Source: a virus. From it: a stretch of 64,000 nucleotides of DNA. Below, one piece after another: positions 1-12,800 of this stretch; the stretch's first letter is position 1; each line of letters opens with the position of its first letter. The notes under the pieces were generated by a model, which saw only the letters and a program-made list of their open reading frames with translations, was not told the origin of the DNA and ran no database searches. The stretch lies in IMG/VR virus record IMGVR_UViG_3300042868_005676, positions 3,201-67,200 of that record. One strand, written 5' to 3'. The position numbers and the translations under genes were made by a program.

Positions 1-787
1 AACTTTCATAAACCAATAAATCATTGTTAGTCTCAGAAGTTACAAGAACTCCGTGTAATTCGTTTAACTCATAGCCGTTTTGAATAACGATAACCAAACG
101 ACCTTGTGTTGGGTGAGCCCTAGCAATATACCCGATAAAAACTGCATGATTGGGTTCAGCAGGAATTGTGCTTGTCATTCCTCCAGCTGTAGCGGCAGAT
201 AACCAAACAGCATCTCCAGCCGTAAAAGCCGAAGTGTTTAAGTCATGAAGAGTTCCATTTACTGCAATATAACCATCTGAATTATTATTAATATTCGCTA
301 CAACTATACCTATGGTTTTAGAGGAAGTAGCCTCGGTATGTGCTTGAGACAAGAGAGCATTAGGTCTATTACCTGTTGCTCCACTTAAATAGACTACTTG
401 TCCTTTGGTCAAGGTAGCGCCAGTAGAGTTTCTTACTATAATTTGAGTGGTCTCAGCACTATCTACTACTCCGTCATTATCAACATCATACGTGCTTTTG
501 AGCATATCCCCACCGCCACCAGCAGCAGGGGTTTGATTCTCCCATTGTAAAGTGGTAGAGTTGTAAGCTAAAACTTGAGCATTAGCAGGTGCACTTATTG
601 TTACGTCAGATAAACTATCTAGATTTGTTACGTTACTCGTACCAATAACTAAAGATTCTAATTCAACTACAATTCTGCGAATTCTGGTCTCTTGGTCCTT
701 ATAGTCTTGAACACGAGTTGTCTCATATAGCTTTTTAAGATATATCGCTTGTTTAAGTAACTCTTGTTTTGTGACTTCTAAGGACAT
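1..787 (-). CDS. Tail fibre/spike-like virion protein, partial (runs off window start)
   Basis: Read manually: ATG at 787 overlaps the upstream TAA. MSLEVTKQELLKQ...LDSLSDVTISAPANAQVLAYNSTTLQWEN...VRNSTGATLTKGQVVYLSG are typical fibre segments. Confidence 0.7.
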   Translation of the reverse strand, partial: MSLEVTKQELLKQAIYLKKLYETTRVQDYKDQETRIRRIVVELESLVIGTSNVTNLDSLSDVTISAPANAQVLAYNSTTLQWENQTPAAGGGGDMLKSTYDVDNDGVVDSAETTQIIVRNSTGATLTKGQVVYLSGATGNRPNALLSQAHTEATSSKTIGIVVANINNNSDGYIAVNGTLHDLNTSAFTAGDAVWLSAATAGGMTSTIPAEPNHAVFIGYIARAHPTQGRLVIVIQNGYELNELHGVLVTSETNNDLLVYES

Positions 788-1131
788 TACTTTGCTAAAA
801 TTTGCGTTTGGGTTTGATTAATTTTGAACAATACTCCACCATCAATTCTCTTTACTTCTTTTCCGTTTTCGTAAATAATAATTGTAGGTAAACTTTTTAT
901 GTTCATTTTATTTTTCAACTCTGGATATTTATCCATCCCCAAATAAAAATATTTAGCTTGTGGATTTAATACCCACTTGAATTCGTTTAGTTTATTCCAA
1001 TCGGCATTTATTTGTAATACACACTTACCGTGAGATACAAGTTGCTGTAGATTATTAGGTGTTATAATCTGAGGGGCTGGTTGGGTAAAACTGAGACCCA
1101 AAGCCAAAAATAAAATAGTTAAGTGCTTCAT
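787..1131 (-). CDS. Thioredoxin-fold protein with signal peptide, lacking CxxC
   Basis: CVLQINADWNKLN sits where WCxxC is expected. IKSLPTIIIYENGKEVKRIDG matches the Trx C-terminal motif. Hydrophobic N-terminus. Confidence 0.7.
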   Translation of the reverse strand: MKHLTILFLALGLSFTQPAPQIITPNNLQQLVSHGKCVLQINADWNKLNEFKWVLNPQAKYFYLGMDKYPELKNKMNIKSLPTIIIYENGKEVKRIDGGVLFKINQTQTQILAK

Positions 1132-1430
1132 TTTTGTTCTATACGCTCTACACGCCTTTTTAAATCTTCAATGTATTCACCATAGAGTTGTAATTTCATA
1201 TCGCTCTCTGGTCTTGACGCAGGCCAAGTTTCTTTTGCGGCAGGGTCTCCAGGATCAACTTGATAAAAGCCTTTTCCCACTTTCATGCTCTGTAGTTTCT
1301 CGTCTATTTTAGAGTCGATACTCGCATCGTAAGCATAAAAAGCACCAATCGCAGCCGCTATTATACCAATAATTATCCCTAGTGTTTTAGGAGTAATTAT
1401 CAGTTTACTTTCTTCATTTATTTCTTTCAT
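1128..1430 (-). CDS. Small membrane protein
   Basis: One TM helix (TLGIIIGIIAAAIGAFYAY) and a C-terminal coiled coil. Confidence 0.55.
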   Translation of the reverse strand: MKEINEESKLIITPKTLGIIIGIIAAAIGAFYAYDASIDSKIDEKLQSMKVGKGFYQVDPGDPAAKETWPASRPESDMKLQLYGEYIEDLKRRVERIEQK

Positions 1431-2635
1431 TATGAGATGTCACCAGTAGCCACATAAGTATTAGCAACGCTAGTTGCTACAGATGTAACAAATACTTGTA
1501 ATCCCTTCTGATTAACCAATGCTTTAGGGGCAATTGAAGTAATTGTTCCTCCCTTGAATACAGCAGTATGTGAACCAGGCGTACCCAATTCAACGTAGTC
1601 TGTTCCCATCGTAACAATTCTCACCCAGAATCCCTCTGGAAGTCCGTCTGCAAAATTAATTCTAACTGGAATTGTGTTTGTACAAACTAAGGTTAGTGCT
1701 CCCATTGTATTATCGACATTGAACGTTGTGTTAGATACAACCATTGTCAGATGACGATAATTTACAAAGGTCTGACCACCGCCATTTAAAGCAGTGTTAT
1801 TTCTGAGAACGTTTGAAGATAAACGAGCATCTGCAATAGTACCAGTTGTAATATTATTAGCGGCTAAGTTTGTCAAGTTACTTCCGTTTAACGTAGGTAA
1901 ATGACCACTGCTGTTTAATTGAACTAAATCATCTGCTCCGTTAAAAGTATTACCCATTAAAGTAACAGCAGAAGTTAAACGAGCATCTGCAACAGTACCA
2001 GTAGTGATTGCTGTACCATTCAGATTAGTTATTAAAGAACCATCCAATGCAGGAATCTTACCGGCAGCAGTTGTCTCCATTAACTGAGAAACACCATTGA
2101 ATACGTTTGCCTTTAATGTTACGTTTGATGATAGTCTAGCATCTGCAACAGTACCACTAGTAACTGCTGTTCCATTTAAGTTAGTTATTAGTGTGCCGCT
2201 TAAGGCAGGAATTCTAGAACTAGAATCTGTCTGAATTAATTGGGTTGCTCCGTTAAAAGTATTTCCTTGTACAGTAACGTTTCCGCTCAAACGAGCATCT
2301 GCAACAGTACCACTCGAAATACTCGAAGCGTTCAAGGTAGTTAACAAAGAAGCATCTACAGCAGGTAATTTAGTACTTGCGTCTAACTTCACCAACTTAC
2401 TGGCAGAGTTAAAAGTATTTCCTTCTAAAGTAACACTACTAGTCAAACGTGCATTGTCTAATGTACCCGTATCAATCAAATCTGCATTGATACTAGTTAA
2501 ACTAGAACCAATCTGATCTATAGTAATTTTTTTTGTTGTGCCAGCCGCCCCATCAGATACATCCACAATAGGAATATAATCCGAAGCACTAACAACTACT
2601 ATCGGATCTAATTGGCTTATTTTCTTGTCTTGCAT
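1430..2635 (-). CDS. Tail fibre with about five ~53-aa repeats
   Basis: N-terminal KKISQL motif; repeated GTVADARLS-NVT-GNTFNG...PALDGSLITNLN units. Confidence 0.75.
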   Translation of the reverse strand: MQDKKISQLDPIVVVSASDYIPIVDVSDGAAGTTKKITIDQIGSSLTSINADLIDTGTLDNARLTSSVTLEGNTFNSASKLVKLDASTKLPAVDASLLTTLNASSISSGTVADARLSGNVTVQGNTFNGATQLIQTDSSSRIPALSGTLITNLNGTAVTSGTVADARLSSNVTLKANVFNGVSQLMETTAAGKIPALDGSLITNLNGTAITTGTVADARLTSAVTLMGNTFNGADDLVQLNSSGHLPTLNGSNLTNLAANNITTGTIADARLSSNVLRNNTALNGGGQTFVNYRHLTMVVSNTTFNVDNTMGALTLVCTNTIPVRINFADGLPEGFWVRIVTMGTDYVELGTPGSHTAVFKGGTITSIAPKALVNQKGLQVFVTSVATSVANTYVATGDIS

Positions 2636-2653
2636 AATACAAATATAATAAAA

Positions 2654-3037
2654 TTAGAGGAGAATTCTAAATCCATTCTGCTGTAAATAGAACGCATCTC
2701 CATCTGTTAATAAAAATCCTCCGTTGTTATAACGTAAAGCCAATTCTCTTCCTCTCGTTGTATATGAGAATGTGTATGCCTCATCATCTGAGACCGAACA
2801 GTTACCACAATTCTTAGCAAGTCTATTTGCCTTTTTAATAACCTTATCTAAATCATCAAAGCAGTTCATGTTTTCAAGAGAAAAAAGCAAAAACAAAGCC
2901 TCTTTTTCTTGAGATTCTATATTGCAACAAGGCTTATCATACTTCTGAGCAGAAATTCTTTCTGTCTCAAGAGAAATGATTACCTTTCTAAGAGCTAAAA
3001 AAGTCTTTAAAAATGAATATAGAGTATGGTACTGCAT
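2654..3037 (-). CDS. Cys-rich virion/tail-associated protein
   Basis: ATG at 3037 coupled to the upstream stop (TAATG); C-terminal FLLTDG...LQQNGFRILL. Confidence 0.5.
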   Translation of the reverse strand: MQYHTLYSFLKTFLALRKVIISLETERISAQKYDKPCCNIESQEKEALFLLFSLENMNCFDDLDKVIKKANRLAKNCGNCSVSDDEAYTFSYTTRGRELALRYNNGGFLLTDGDAFYLQQNGFRILL

Positions 3038-3822
3038 TAACAACCACAAGGTTTAATTGATGGATAACACTCGGTTAAAGCATCTTGAATGTCATCATAG
3101 ATTTCTTGTGCTAAATCATATTCGCCACATTCAAAGGCATTTACCATTTTATCATACATCAATTTAATTTCTGCATAATCATTAGAAGTCATATTTCCTA
3201 ATGCCAGTTGACTTAATGTACAAGTCAAATCGTTGGTTCTCAGAGCATAAACAGTTTCTATTACTGGTGAACCATCATTTGTAAATGTAACAACAAATTT
3301 CCATATTCCATCTGTTAAAGTAACACTACTAGTTAAATTATAAGCGTAGTCTATACTTGTCCAGAAAGTAGTAGTATATAAATTAATTGCCGAAAGCGGT
3401 GTTGTTGTTCCGGGCTGTGTTATAGATAAAGAAATAGCACTAATTCTCGCTCTTACATCATTGTAAGGAGTAAATGTATTACTTACTAAAGTAGCGTTAT
3501 TAATATCCACAAAAGGTAAGAGTGTTGCGCTATAAGATAATTTAATCGTATTCGGATCTATTACAGTCACATAAACTTCGTCTCCGCTGCTTGCTGCAAA
3601 CGCCCCAGTACCACCAAAAGTATACGTTACTTGTTGGCCCGTATAGAATCCATGAGAAGGAACAGTCATGGTATCTGCTACTGTACTAGCACTGCTCACC
3701 GACTTAGCGGTAGCAGTTATCCAACCTGTAGGATTTGTAACAGCGTTGTATTCACCAGTAAGATCGTAAATAACCATCTTGGCCTTTTCGTTCTGAATCC
3801 CAATTTTAATATCAAGTGCCAT
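3037..3822 (-). CDS. Structural (tail hub/fibre-associated) protein
   Basis: Beta-rich, ends CYPSIKPCGC, lies in the structural module with an upstream TATCTTTG promoter. Confidence 0.5.
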   Translation of the reverse strand: MALDIKIGIQNEKAKMVIYDLTGEYNAVTNPTGWITATAKSVSSASTVADTMTVPSHGFYTGQQVTYTFGGTGAFAASSGDEVYVTVIDPNTIKLSYSATLLPFVDINNATLVSNTFTPYNDVRARISAISLSITQPGTTTPLSAINLYTTTFWTSIDYAYNLTSSVTLTDGIWKFVVTFTNDGSPVIETVYALRTNDLTCTLSQLALGNMTSNDYAEIKLMYDKMVNAFECGEYDLAQEIYDDIQDALTECYPSIKPCGC

Positions 3823-3845
3823 AATTCAAAGATACAAAATTTCCT

Positions 3846-6800
3846 TTAAAAATTACCATAAATTTGTCTGAGCTTATCGAACTGAGTTTCATCAAGCACA
3901 CCTCTTCTTTTCATTTCTAAAAGATTAGCCTTTTCTCTGCTTTGTTTATAATCAATCAACCAAGAGCCATCCGCTTGGTCTGATGTATTTTTATAATAAG
4001 CAAATAATTGTTCTATGTTACCCATAGCCTGTTTTTTATTTTGTTCTCCTTTATAGAATTTCTGTAAATAATTAATATTATCTATACTTTTTTGATATAC
4101 GTCTTGATGAAGATTATAAAGAATATCTCCTCGTTTTTTCAATTCATTTCTATACATATCATTAGGGAGATTATATTTCAAGAATATACCATTTGATTCT
4201 AACGTAAACTCGTTAGGTATTTCTTTAGTTAATACACTCACCAAATCTCCTTCTATAGTCATGTTAGGTTTTTGTGCTATTGTACCACCAGTTAATTCTC
4301 TATACGCTTGAGACAATTGATACATATTAGCACTTATCCCCACCGCAAATCTATATCTTTGTGTTTCACGTTTACTATCTTGCAAACCAATTCTTCTACT
4401 AGCAAAAGGATTAAATATTGTTTCTACATAAGCACCCAAAGTTCCTGGCTCAGCATTTGTAGTTCTAAACTGCAAGTCCTCTCCATAAGGTCCTATTTTT
4501 GCTTTATAGAATTGATTTTTGGCAATAAAACTAACGTTTCTGTTTAGCTTTTGAATCATTCTTACTCCGACTTCTCCGAATACATCACCTAAAATGTTTA
4601 AATCTTCTGTTCTTAAATTTACTTGATTTAAAGATTGTACAGTTTCTGCGTTTGCTTTACTGATAACCGAAAACAATCCTGGAGATGTAAAAGATAAAGC
4701 CGTTGCTGATGTAGATGCAAGAAATTGATTAACACTTGCTTCGTCTCCCTCAGAAAATAATTGTCCAACACGAGCTATGCCTTGCAACATTGGTAATTGT
4801 TGAACACCTGCGTATAAAAATTGTCCTGTTACCAAAGCAAATAAATTACTTTTTATTAAATCAGGAGTAAGTTTATTTCTGTTTTCAACCGTTATCTTTT
4901 CATATTTTCTTGCTCCACTCGCATAACTACCAAAACCATATCCGATCAAGCCCATATTTGAAAATTGTTCTACATTATCTCCGGGTATCCAAGTACCTCT
5001 TTTGATGAAAAACTCTTTTTCTTTACCGTTATACAAAGCCTTCATGTATTCCCAATGTATTGTTCTATTATAAGAACCAGATTTGAAACCTATACTAGCC
5101 AGTGCTATTTCTTCATCATCGCCAGGCAACAATGCTGGGATGAGCGCACCTGCTGCATATGCAGTTGCTGCCAAAGCAAAAACAAAAGCACTTTCTGAAA
5201 TACACGCTTGATCATAAGTCATTTGACGCTTTAGTCCGAAAAGTTGAATTCTATCCTTTTCATATTGCATCTTCTCATCCTTGTTTTTAAATTGAACTAC
5301 CTCTCCATATTTAGAATCAAACTTTTCTTTTGCCGTATTGTAATTTCTTGCGCTGTTATAATAAAAGTAACTAGCAGCTAAAGGATTTACTTTTTGGTTT
5401 GCAGCCATAACCACGTTCCAAGGAACTCTAGCAAACGGAGCAACTGTCCAAACTGTTGTATCTGCTAACTGTATTGCTTGCTTAGCCATTACTTTATTAA
5501 TCTGCGATCCTTCTCCTTCTCTTATTTCTCTAGCTTTTTGTTTTATTTTTTTTCTGAGATATCCTCTTGCAGAACCTAAACCTTGAGATGCAAGATTATC
5601 AGCTAAGAATACTCTTTTGAGACCTTCTTTTTCAAAAAAGTTTTCGTTTCCTAATGTACTTTCTATTAGAACAATTAGTTTTTGTAATGTTTTTTCATCT
5701 ACCTGAGACCCATCACTTACGAAATCACCAAAGTAACCTTTCGATAAATCTTGAGTTGTAAAATAATCTAGCATTGCACGATAAGTAGTAGCATTTGCTA
5801 ATAATTTATCACCTCCAAACGCCATTGCTCTACCGGTAAATTCTGGAATTGAACCGAAAATTCCCCAAAACATAGACCTTGCTGCTGTATATGTTTTACC
5901 ATCGACTAGTTTTAATTTACCGTCTTTTGTTTTATATAAAGCCTGATCAAAAGCATCTGCAAACTCTTCATCAGTCATCTCGGTGATTTTCTTTCCTCCT
6001 ATTTTACCCAAAAGATTAAATACAAAATCTTTAGATAATTTAACATCATCGAAGAAATTAATATTAGCCATTGAGTCCATATACTTTTCTATAAAATCGC
6101 TATTTGCTTGGTTTCCATATTTAAACATTTCCCATATTTCTTGTTTACTCTTATCCCAAGAAAATCTATAAGAATTTAAAAGTAATTGAGGATTTACGGT
6201 ATTTGTTTTGATACCTTTCATATCCCCTAAAGATTGCATACCCTTAAAGAAAACGTTATCACTAAGAATAGCTTGTTCAACGTTAGCGTATAAAGACAAG
6301 AATACAGTTTGAAATCCTAATAAAGCACGACTTCCGGCAGAAGTAACTCTGTCGTTCCAAAACTTAGGTTTCAATGCGTCTAAAAATTTAATTAACTCCT
6401 TGGAAGCATTTTCAAAATTCTTCTTATCTTTTTCATACTGATTAAAATCAACATCAGTAAAAGTTTCCTCAAAGGTCTGTAAAGACTTTTCGGTATTTTG
6501 TTTAGCTGTGTTAAAATTATCAATTAAAACTTTAACTTTTTCTTTTTGAAAAGGACTTAGTGCAACACCTCCTTTGATAATACTTTCAGAAAGCATATTG
6601 CTAAGTTTATCTGGACTTGTGAATAAGCCTCTGTTAATATATAACAATCTACCTGCAATACTTTGAATTTTAGCCAATGTTTTAATTGCACTACTTACGT
6701 CCTCATTGACCTCTTTGTTTGCAATTTTATCTCTAAGCATTTGAGCAGTTGCTAATAAACCTCCAGCCTCTAATTCGTTTGCAACGTTTTCAACATAAAC

Positions 6801-9800
6801 AATACCATCAAGTAAATTAATACCAGACATTTCTGCTTCTGTACGCAAATCAGATTCTCTTTTTACGGCCTTAGCACTTCTTTCGTCACTAGTTAAAGAG
6901 GTGAAATATTCGGAATACTCTTCTGTATTTAAAGCATTCTTAATTGTTTCTCTGTAATCCTTACCGAATAATTCATCTATTTCGCCTTGTTCTGCTATAT
7001 CTAAGTCTTCAAATGCTTTTAGAATTTGAGGATTAGAGTAGCCCTCCCCTAATAATTTTTCTCTTAGGATTTCTAAAGGAAGAATTGCGTTATTGGGTTC
7101 GGTGATAAAATTTCTTATATTTTCTTGAGATTGTATTTTTGCATCAGAAATCTTCTTTGCTACCTCTTTTGCATCTTCAGAAACCATATTGTTCCAGTCT
7201 TGCTGAGAAAATGTAACCTCTCCTAGTTTTCTAGCGATATCATCATATGTATAACCTGCTTTGAATAGATTGCTTAAAGCCTCGTTCTTTGTCTTATTAG
7301 CGGCAATATCTGCTTGGTATTGTGTTCCGATATTGTCAGGATTAAGTTGTGACTTACTTTGGAACTGAGGCCCATTTGCTGGCTCAATGCCCAAGGCAGA
7401 TTCTACACTATTAACAAGTTCGGGATTAGTATTTGTTTCTTTCGCATTAACATATGCTCTAGCAACTTGATTAGAAACAACTTGCTTTGGATTTTTAACA
7501 GAACCATCTTGATTAAAACCATAGGTTTCATATTCAAAAGGCTTAGTCCTAGGTAAATCTTTAGCGTTTCCTTCTTTGTTAATCTGTGCTACTTCTTGTT
7601 CAGTTAAAACTCTATTGACTTTTATTTCGCCAGATATAACCCAACTTCCAGTCATGTTAGAATTTGTCTTATAACTATAAGAACCACCAAAAGGTATTTG
7701 ATCTGTTATGTGTGCAGTTTTAGCAATTGGTTTGCCGTTTTTACCTATGTCTGCTCTTTCATTTGCAATTGTTTGCCAATTAACATCGTCAGCAACTTCT
7801 ACCTCTGCCCATACTTGGTCAGCTGCTCTTAGTGCAGGTGCTTTATCATTTGGATTTATTTTTGCTCCAATATGAGTAGCAACAGCCAATTCGCCTGAAT
7901 GCCAACCCGGTCTATAAGCCAAAGGACCAATCTTAGACTTAACCATAGTTTTTCCTTCTTTGGTTTGTGTCAATTCTCCTGCTTTAGCTTCACTCCATTG
8001 TCCAGTACTTACTGATTCATTTGCATTTACAAATAAAGGAAATAACTCCCCTGGGAATTCTTTTTTAACTTTAAATAACTTATATGCCTTTTTTGTTTTT
8101 GTAGGGGCTTTTATTTCGCCATTTATTAGTTTTTTAAGATTTTCTAATTCGTTATCTGAAAGTGATTTGTTTAAGTTGTCAGATACACTAGCAATTTCTT
8201 TTGCTGATGCTTGAGATTTGCTCTTGAAAGCAACTGCTCCATCTTCAATACCAAACTGCTCATTTGCTTTTTGAAAATCCTCAAAAGTTTTTATTTCTTT
8301 AGATGCGACTTTTTGTGATTTACTTTGAAATTCCTTTTGTCTTTCTGCAATCTTTTTAGCATCAAAATCAGTAATAGGCATTGCGCCCATAATTGCTCTT
8401 GCTGCTTGGTCTTTTTCTCTGAGACCGAAAGGTGTTTGATTTGCTGTAGCAGATACTGGTTTAACATCATAGAAAATTGATCTACCATCCAAGAAATTAT
8501 TGAAGAACTTCATTCCCACTTTCTCTGCTGTTATAACAAAAGGATAAGAAGGATTATAAAATTCGCTATCTTCACTGACCTTTTCTATTTTTATTGTTGA
8601 TGGGTCATAAGTCAAATAACCAACAAAATCTCCATAACCAGCATTTTCAAACAAAGAATCATTTGCATAATCCAAAACGGTCTTATCATAAGTATATCCT
8701 TTTCCTGTCGCTAAACTAGGTAAATTAAATTTTTCATGATTAGTTATATTAAAAATTTTACCGAAGTAATTCGCTCTAAATTCATAACTTACCTTATCTA
8801 CATTTTTATTTTTACCGAAACGATTCTTAAATTCTTCTGTAGAAACAAAAGGATTAAGATAAGCATTCATTTCTTCTAGTGATTCAAAATTCCCTTCGAG
8901 TTTTAAATAATCTCTAAGTGGAACTTTAGTCATAGAACTATCTAAAGGCCTATTTAAAATATCAATTATTTCTTTTTCCGAAACTCCACTCTTAATAGCA
9001 TTTGACAACTCATCGGTAAAATAATTTAACATTTTAACGTTACCCAAAACTCCTGTTTTTTGTTGAGCCCCAATTAACGAACCGTCCACTTTTCGCATCT
9101 TGTTCGCTAATTTTGTTGTAGAGTCTTCAAAAGTAGATGCCCAAAGAGCGGCTGTACCTTTATATAAACCCGTAGCAGGGTCAATTTCAATATTTCTATT
9201 TGCCCACTTTGTAAAACCAGGTCCGCCTCTTCCGTTCAACTCTACTCCAGTAGGAGATGTAACGGTACCAGCCAATTGTAAATCACCTAAGAATCCCATC
9301 ATTGTCTTTCCATCAATTTCTTCTGGATTAACAAAATCTGTATCTTCTAATTTGAAGTCTCTTTTGATTTGAGATTTGCTAGAAAGATTAGGTCCTCTGT
9401 TTGTTTTACTACTCTGAACATCTATTGTCTTCTCTTCATTAAATACCTCATAACCAGGTTCTATTTGTCTACCCTCAACATTTTCAGTTCTTATTGGGTT
9501 GTCTAACGATTGAGCAATTACTTCTTCGCTTTGGTTTTCTTCGGTAACGACTTGAGGTTCTACAAATGGTTCATAATTATCACCTCGTTTGCCTTCCGGT
9601 AGAATCATCCTTATACTTTCCCAACTATTATCTGCTCTTTGTTTTTTCGTTTCTTCTAAAGATAATTCTTTCCCATCTTCAACGGCCCTCATACCCAACT
9701 TGTAATTCAAAGCAACTGCTACATCATTACTCGCCATGCCCGACAACTCACCTTTAGTTTCGTTCAATGCTCTCTTTAAAAGTGCAGTTGCTATTCCTTT

Positions 9801-12800
9801 GCTTCTTTGCTCCTCATCTACCATTAAAGTTATTATGCCATATCGTGTCGATCCTTTTACTTGACCTATTTCAAGATACCCACCTTCTACATTGAAATCA
9901 ATCATATCTGAAAAAGAAGGGTTTGGATATTTACCTTTAGTAACTTTAACGTCTTCTAAAGTTATTCTGGCTTTACTTTTTACTTCTTTTTCTTTTTGGG
10001 TAGTGACTTGAGGTTCTGTTTGGGGTTTTCCTTCCTCCATTTCTTGGCTACCTGTGGCTTCTGGCTGTACAGGTACTTGACTTGTTGTTTGCTCTTGAAT
10101 GGCATTTTGTTGTCTATTAGAGTTATAAGAATCAGCCAAATTATTAAAATAGTTAATAACTTGCTGCGTATCGTTTATATCTTTGAACGGAACAATTCTT
10201 CCGTTTGTTAATTTACCTACTATATCATTAATTAATTGCGCAATTTTAGAGAGAGTAGTAGGATTTAATCTAGTACCTTCAGTTCTCATTATACCTGATA
10301 ATTGTGCTAAGTATTCTTCTGCTTTCTCTGAATTTTTATATTCTTGTACGAAATCGTTTAGTGTTTTGTTATCTGAGTCCGAAACTATATTAGCTAGTCT
10401 GTTTTTCATGTCTACAAACTTGGTAATATCTGTTCCGAAATCTGCAAGCATAACAGCATGAGATACCTCGTGAGCAACAGTAACCGCATCGGCAGTGGCA
10501 GCATTCAATTGTATTTCAACACCGTATGTTCCATCATCATTTTTAACAAAACTAAAGTTACCCTTACTGTTCTGTTTTCCGTTTACCTCAGACATTTTTT
10601 GATTGTAAGATGCTGGAGAATGTAAAACAATTTTAACGTTTCCATCTGCAAATCTACTATCTATTACACCTTGAGCAACTTCAATTTCATTTGTTAAATT
10701 ATTAAACTCGGTCTCGTTTCTTTGTGTTTCTTGTTTTACTTTTTCTACTTGTTGTTTATTGTCAATAGTAGCACCATTTAAATTTGTTGCTGACTGAGTT
10801 CCCGTAACGGTCTGAGGCCCTTTTGCTTGTTCTACTTTAGGAGTAGCCTCTATCTGTTTTACTTTTTCTGTTATCTTACTATCATTACTTTCAACTTTAA
10901 GGTCTCCAGAATTAATACTTTCAATAGTATTTTTGTCTGTTAAAATAGCATTTGCTCTTTGGTTATCAGTTACATACTTAAAACCATCTTTTGCTGTAAA
11001 TACTGTATAATCTTCTACATTTTTATTGTTAACTATATTATCCATGGTTTTACTTAATTCATCGATTCTTTTTTGATATAATTCTTTAACCGCTTCGTTT
11101 TTAGGATCAGCCATTGCGGTCTCCATATCTTTTTTCTGAAGCATTAAATCTAAGTAATAACGACTCTTATCTTCATTACCAATTATATTTCTTACCGATG
11201 GATAAGTTTTAATTAACTCGTCCATATTCTTTTTCATTGCAACAAATTCTTGCACATCAATATTACCAGTACGATATAAATATTCAGGAATAATACCTAC
11301 CGAATTTTCTCCTAATACATCAATAGCGTCTGCCATACTTTGACTTAATCCTCTTTGTCCCAATGAACTTTTTAATTTGTCTATCGCCTTGGCTGTTGAA
11401 ACCTCACCTAGACGCTCTGAGATAACCGCTGAGCCACTCATTGCCAAAACAGTTGGTAATACATCAAGAGAAATTTTTCCTCCGTTTAAAGCGGAATACT
11501 CACCTATTCCCATATTTTTACCAGTCTCTTTATTATAGAGTTTTCCTGCTAATTGGTCAGATTTGAAGTTTTGAATAATTTCCGTAGTTATCTCAGGAAG
11601 AAGTTCTGTAGCTCCTAATTCTGCAACATCGGTAGCAATTGCTTTTGTTGTAAAGCCTTTAGCGGTAGATAAGAAACCTTTCGAAAAAGGAGCAAATTGT
11701 ATCGCATATAAAGGAAACATTGCTGTTTGAACCTTTAATGTTTCTCCTGCTGCATCACGTGCCTCATCGACAGAACCTGTTTCTTTGAATTTTTGTTTGT
11801 ATGCTTCTCCTATTTGGTCAACAGTATCTTGACTCCAACCTACACTACCTGCCACCCAAGGATTTTTTGTTAGAATAGCAGTTGAAATACCCACAGAAAC
11901 ATTTGGAACCTGATCAATAATTCCTGTTATAACAGACTGTACAATGTCTAAAAAATTTCCTTTCTTTAAAGCGTCTGAAAAACTTATATCAACAGGTTTA
12001 CTTTTGGCTTCAACATAGTCTAAATATTTCAATGCTCCCGTTAAAGGATTATTTTCTGTTCCTATACTAGCATTTAATGCCTCAATAGCATTACTAAAAG
12101 TTCTTGCTGATTTAGCTTGAATTCTATCCAATAAAGTTCCGCCCATTTTTTGAAACGCACCTAAAGGATATCTTTTTAATGCCTTAGACCAAATTTGTTC
12201 TTCTTCTCTTTCATTTTCCCTTTCGCTTTGGAATTCGTTCATTGACTCCTCAAATATTTTATTGTAGTCTTTTAATTTGAGTTGTCCGTTTTCCATCTCT
12301 ATCCCATACTGCTTATTTATTTTTTCGAGATCGGCCTCTCTTTGTTTCTGAACATTTTCGACTAATTGTTGTCTCTTTTGTTTATATCCTTCAAATAGAT
12401 TAGCCTTTGCGGATTCTGTTTTTTTATTTGCTTCTGAAACAGCATTTACATATTGAGCATATTCTGCCTCATATTCTTCTTTGCTGCCGTATAATTTATT
12501 GTTTATTCTATTTTGTATATTTTTTAATAGGGGATCAATAACAGCATTGTTTTGTTCTTTTATTTTGTTGAGTTCTCCTTCAATATAATTAATATTTGTT
12601 TTGTCAAAATCAGAAACTGTTTTCTTTGAGTTATTAACAACGGATTCTACAGCAGAAATTGCCAATACCGGGGCTCTTTGAATATCTTCTAGCGTTCTAC
12701 CTTCTTTAGATAATTTTTCTTCTAGTTTTTTCTTTGCTCCTTCCATAAGGAACTTTTCTTCCAGTTTGCTTTCAACCAAACGAGTCAATCTTTGTGTAAC

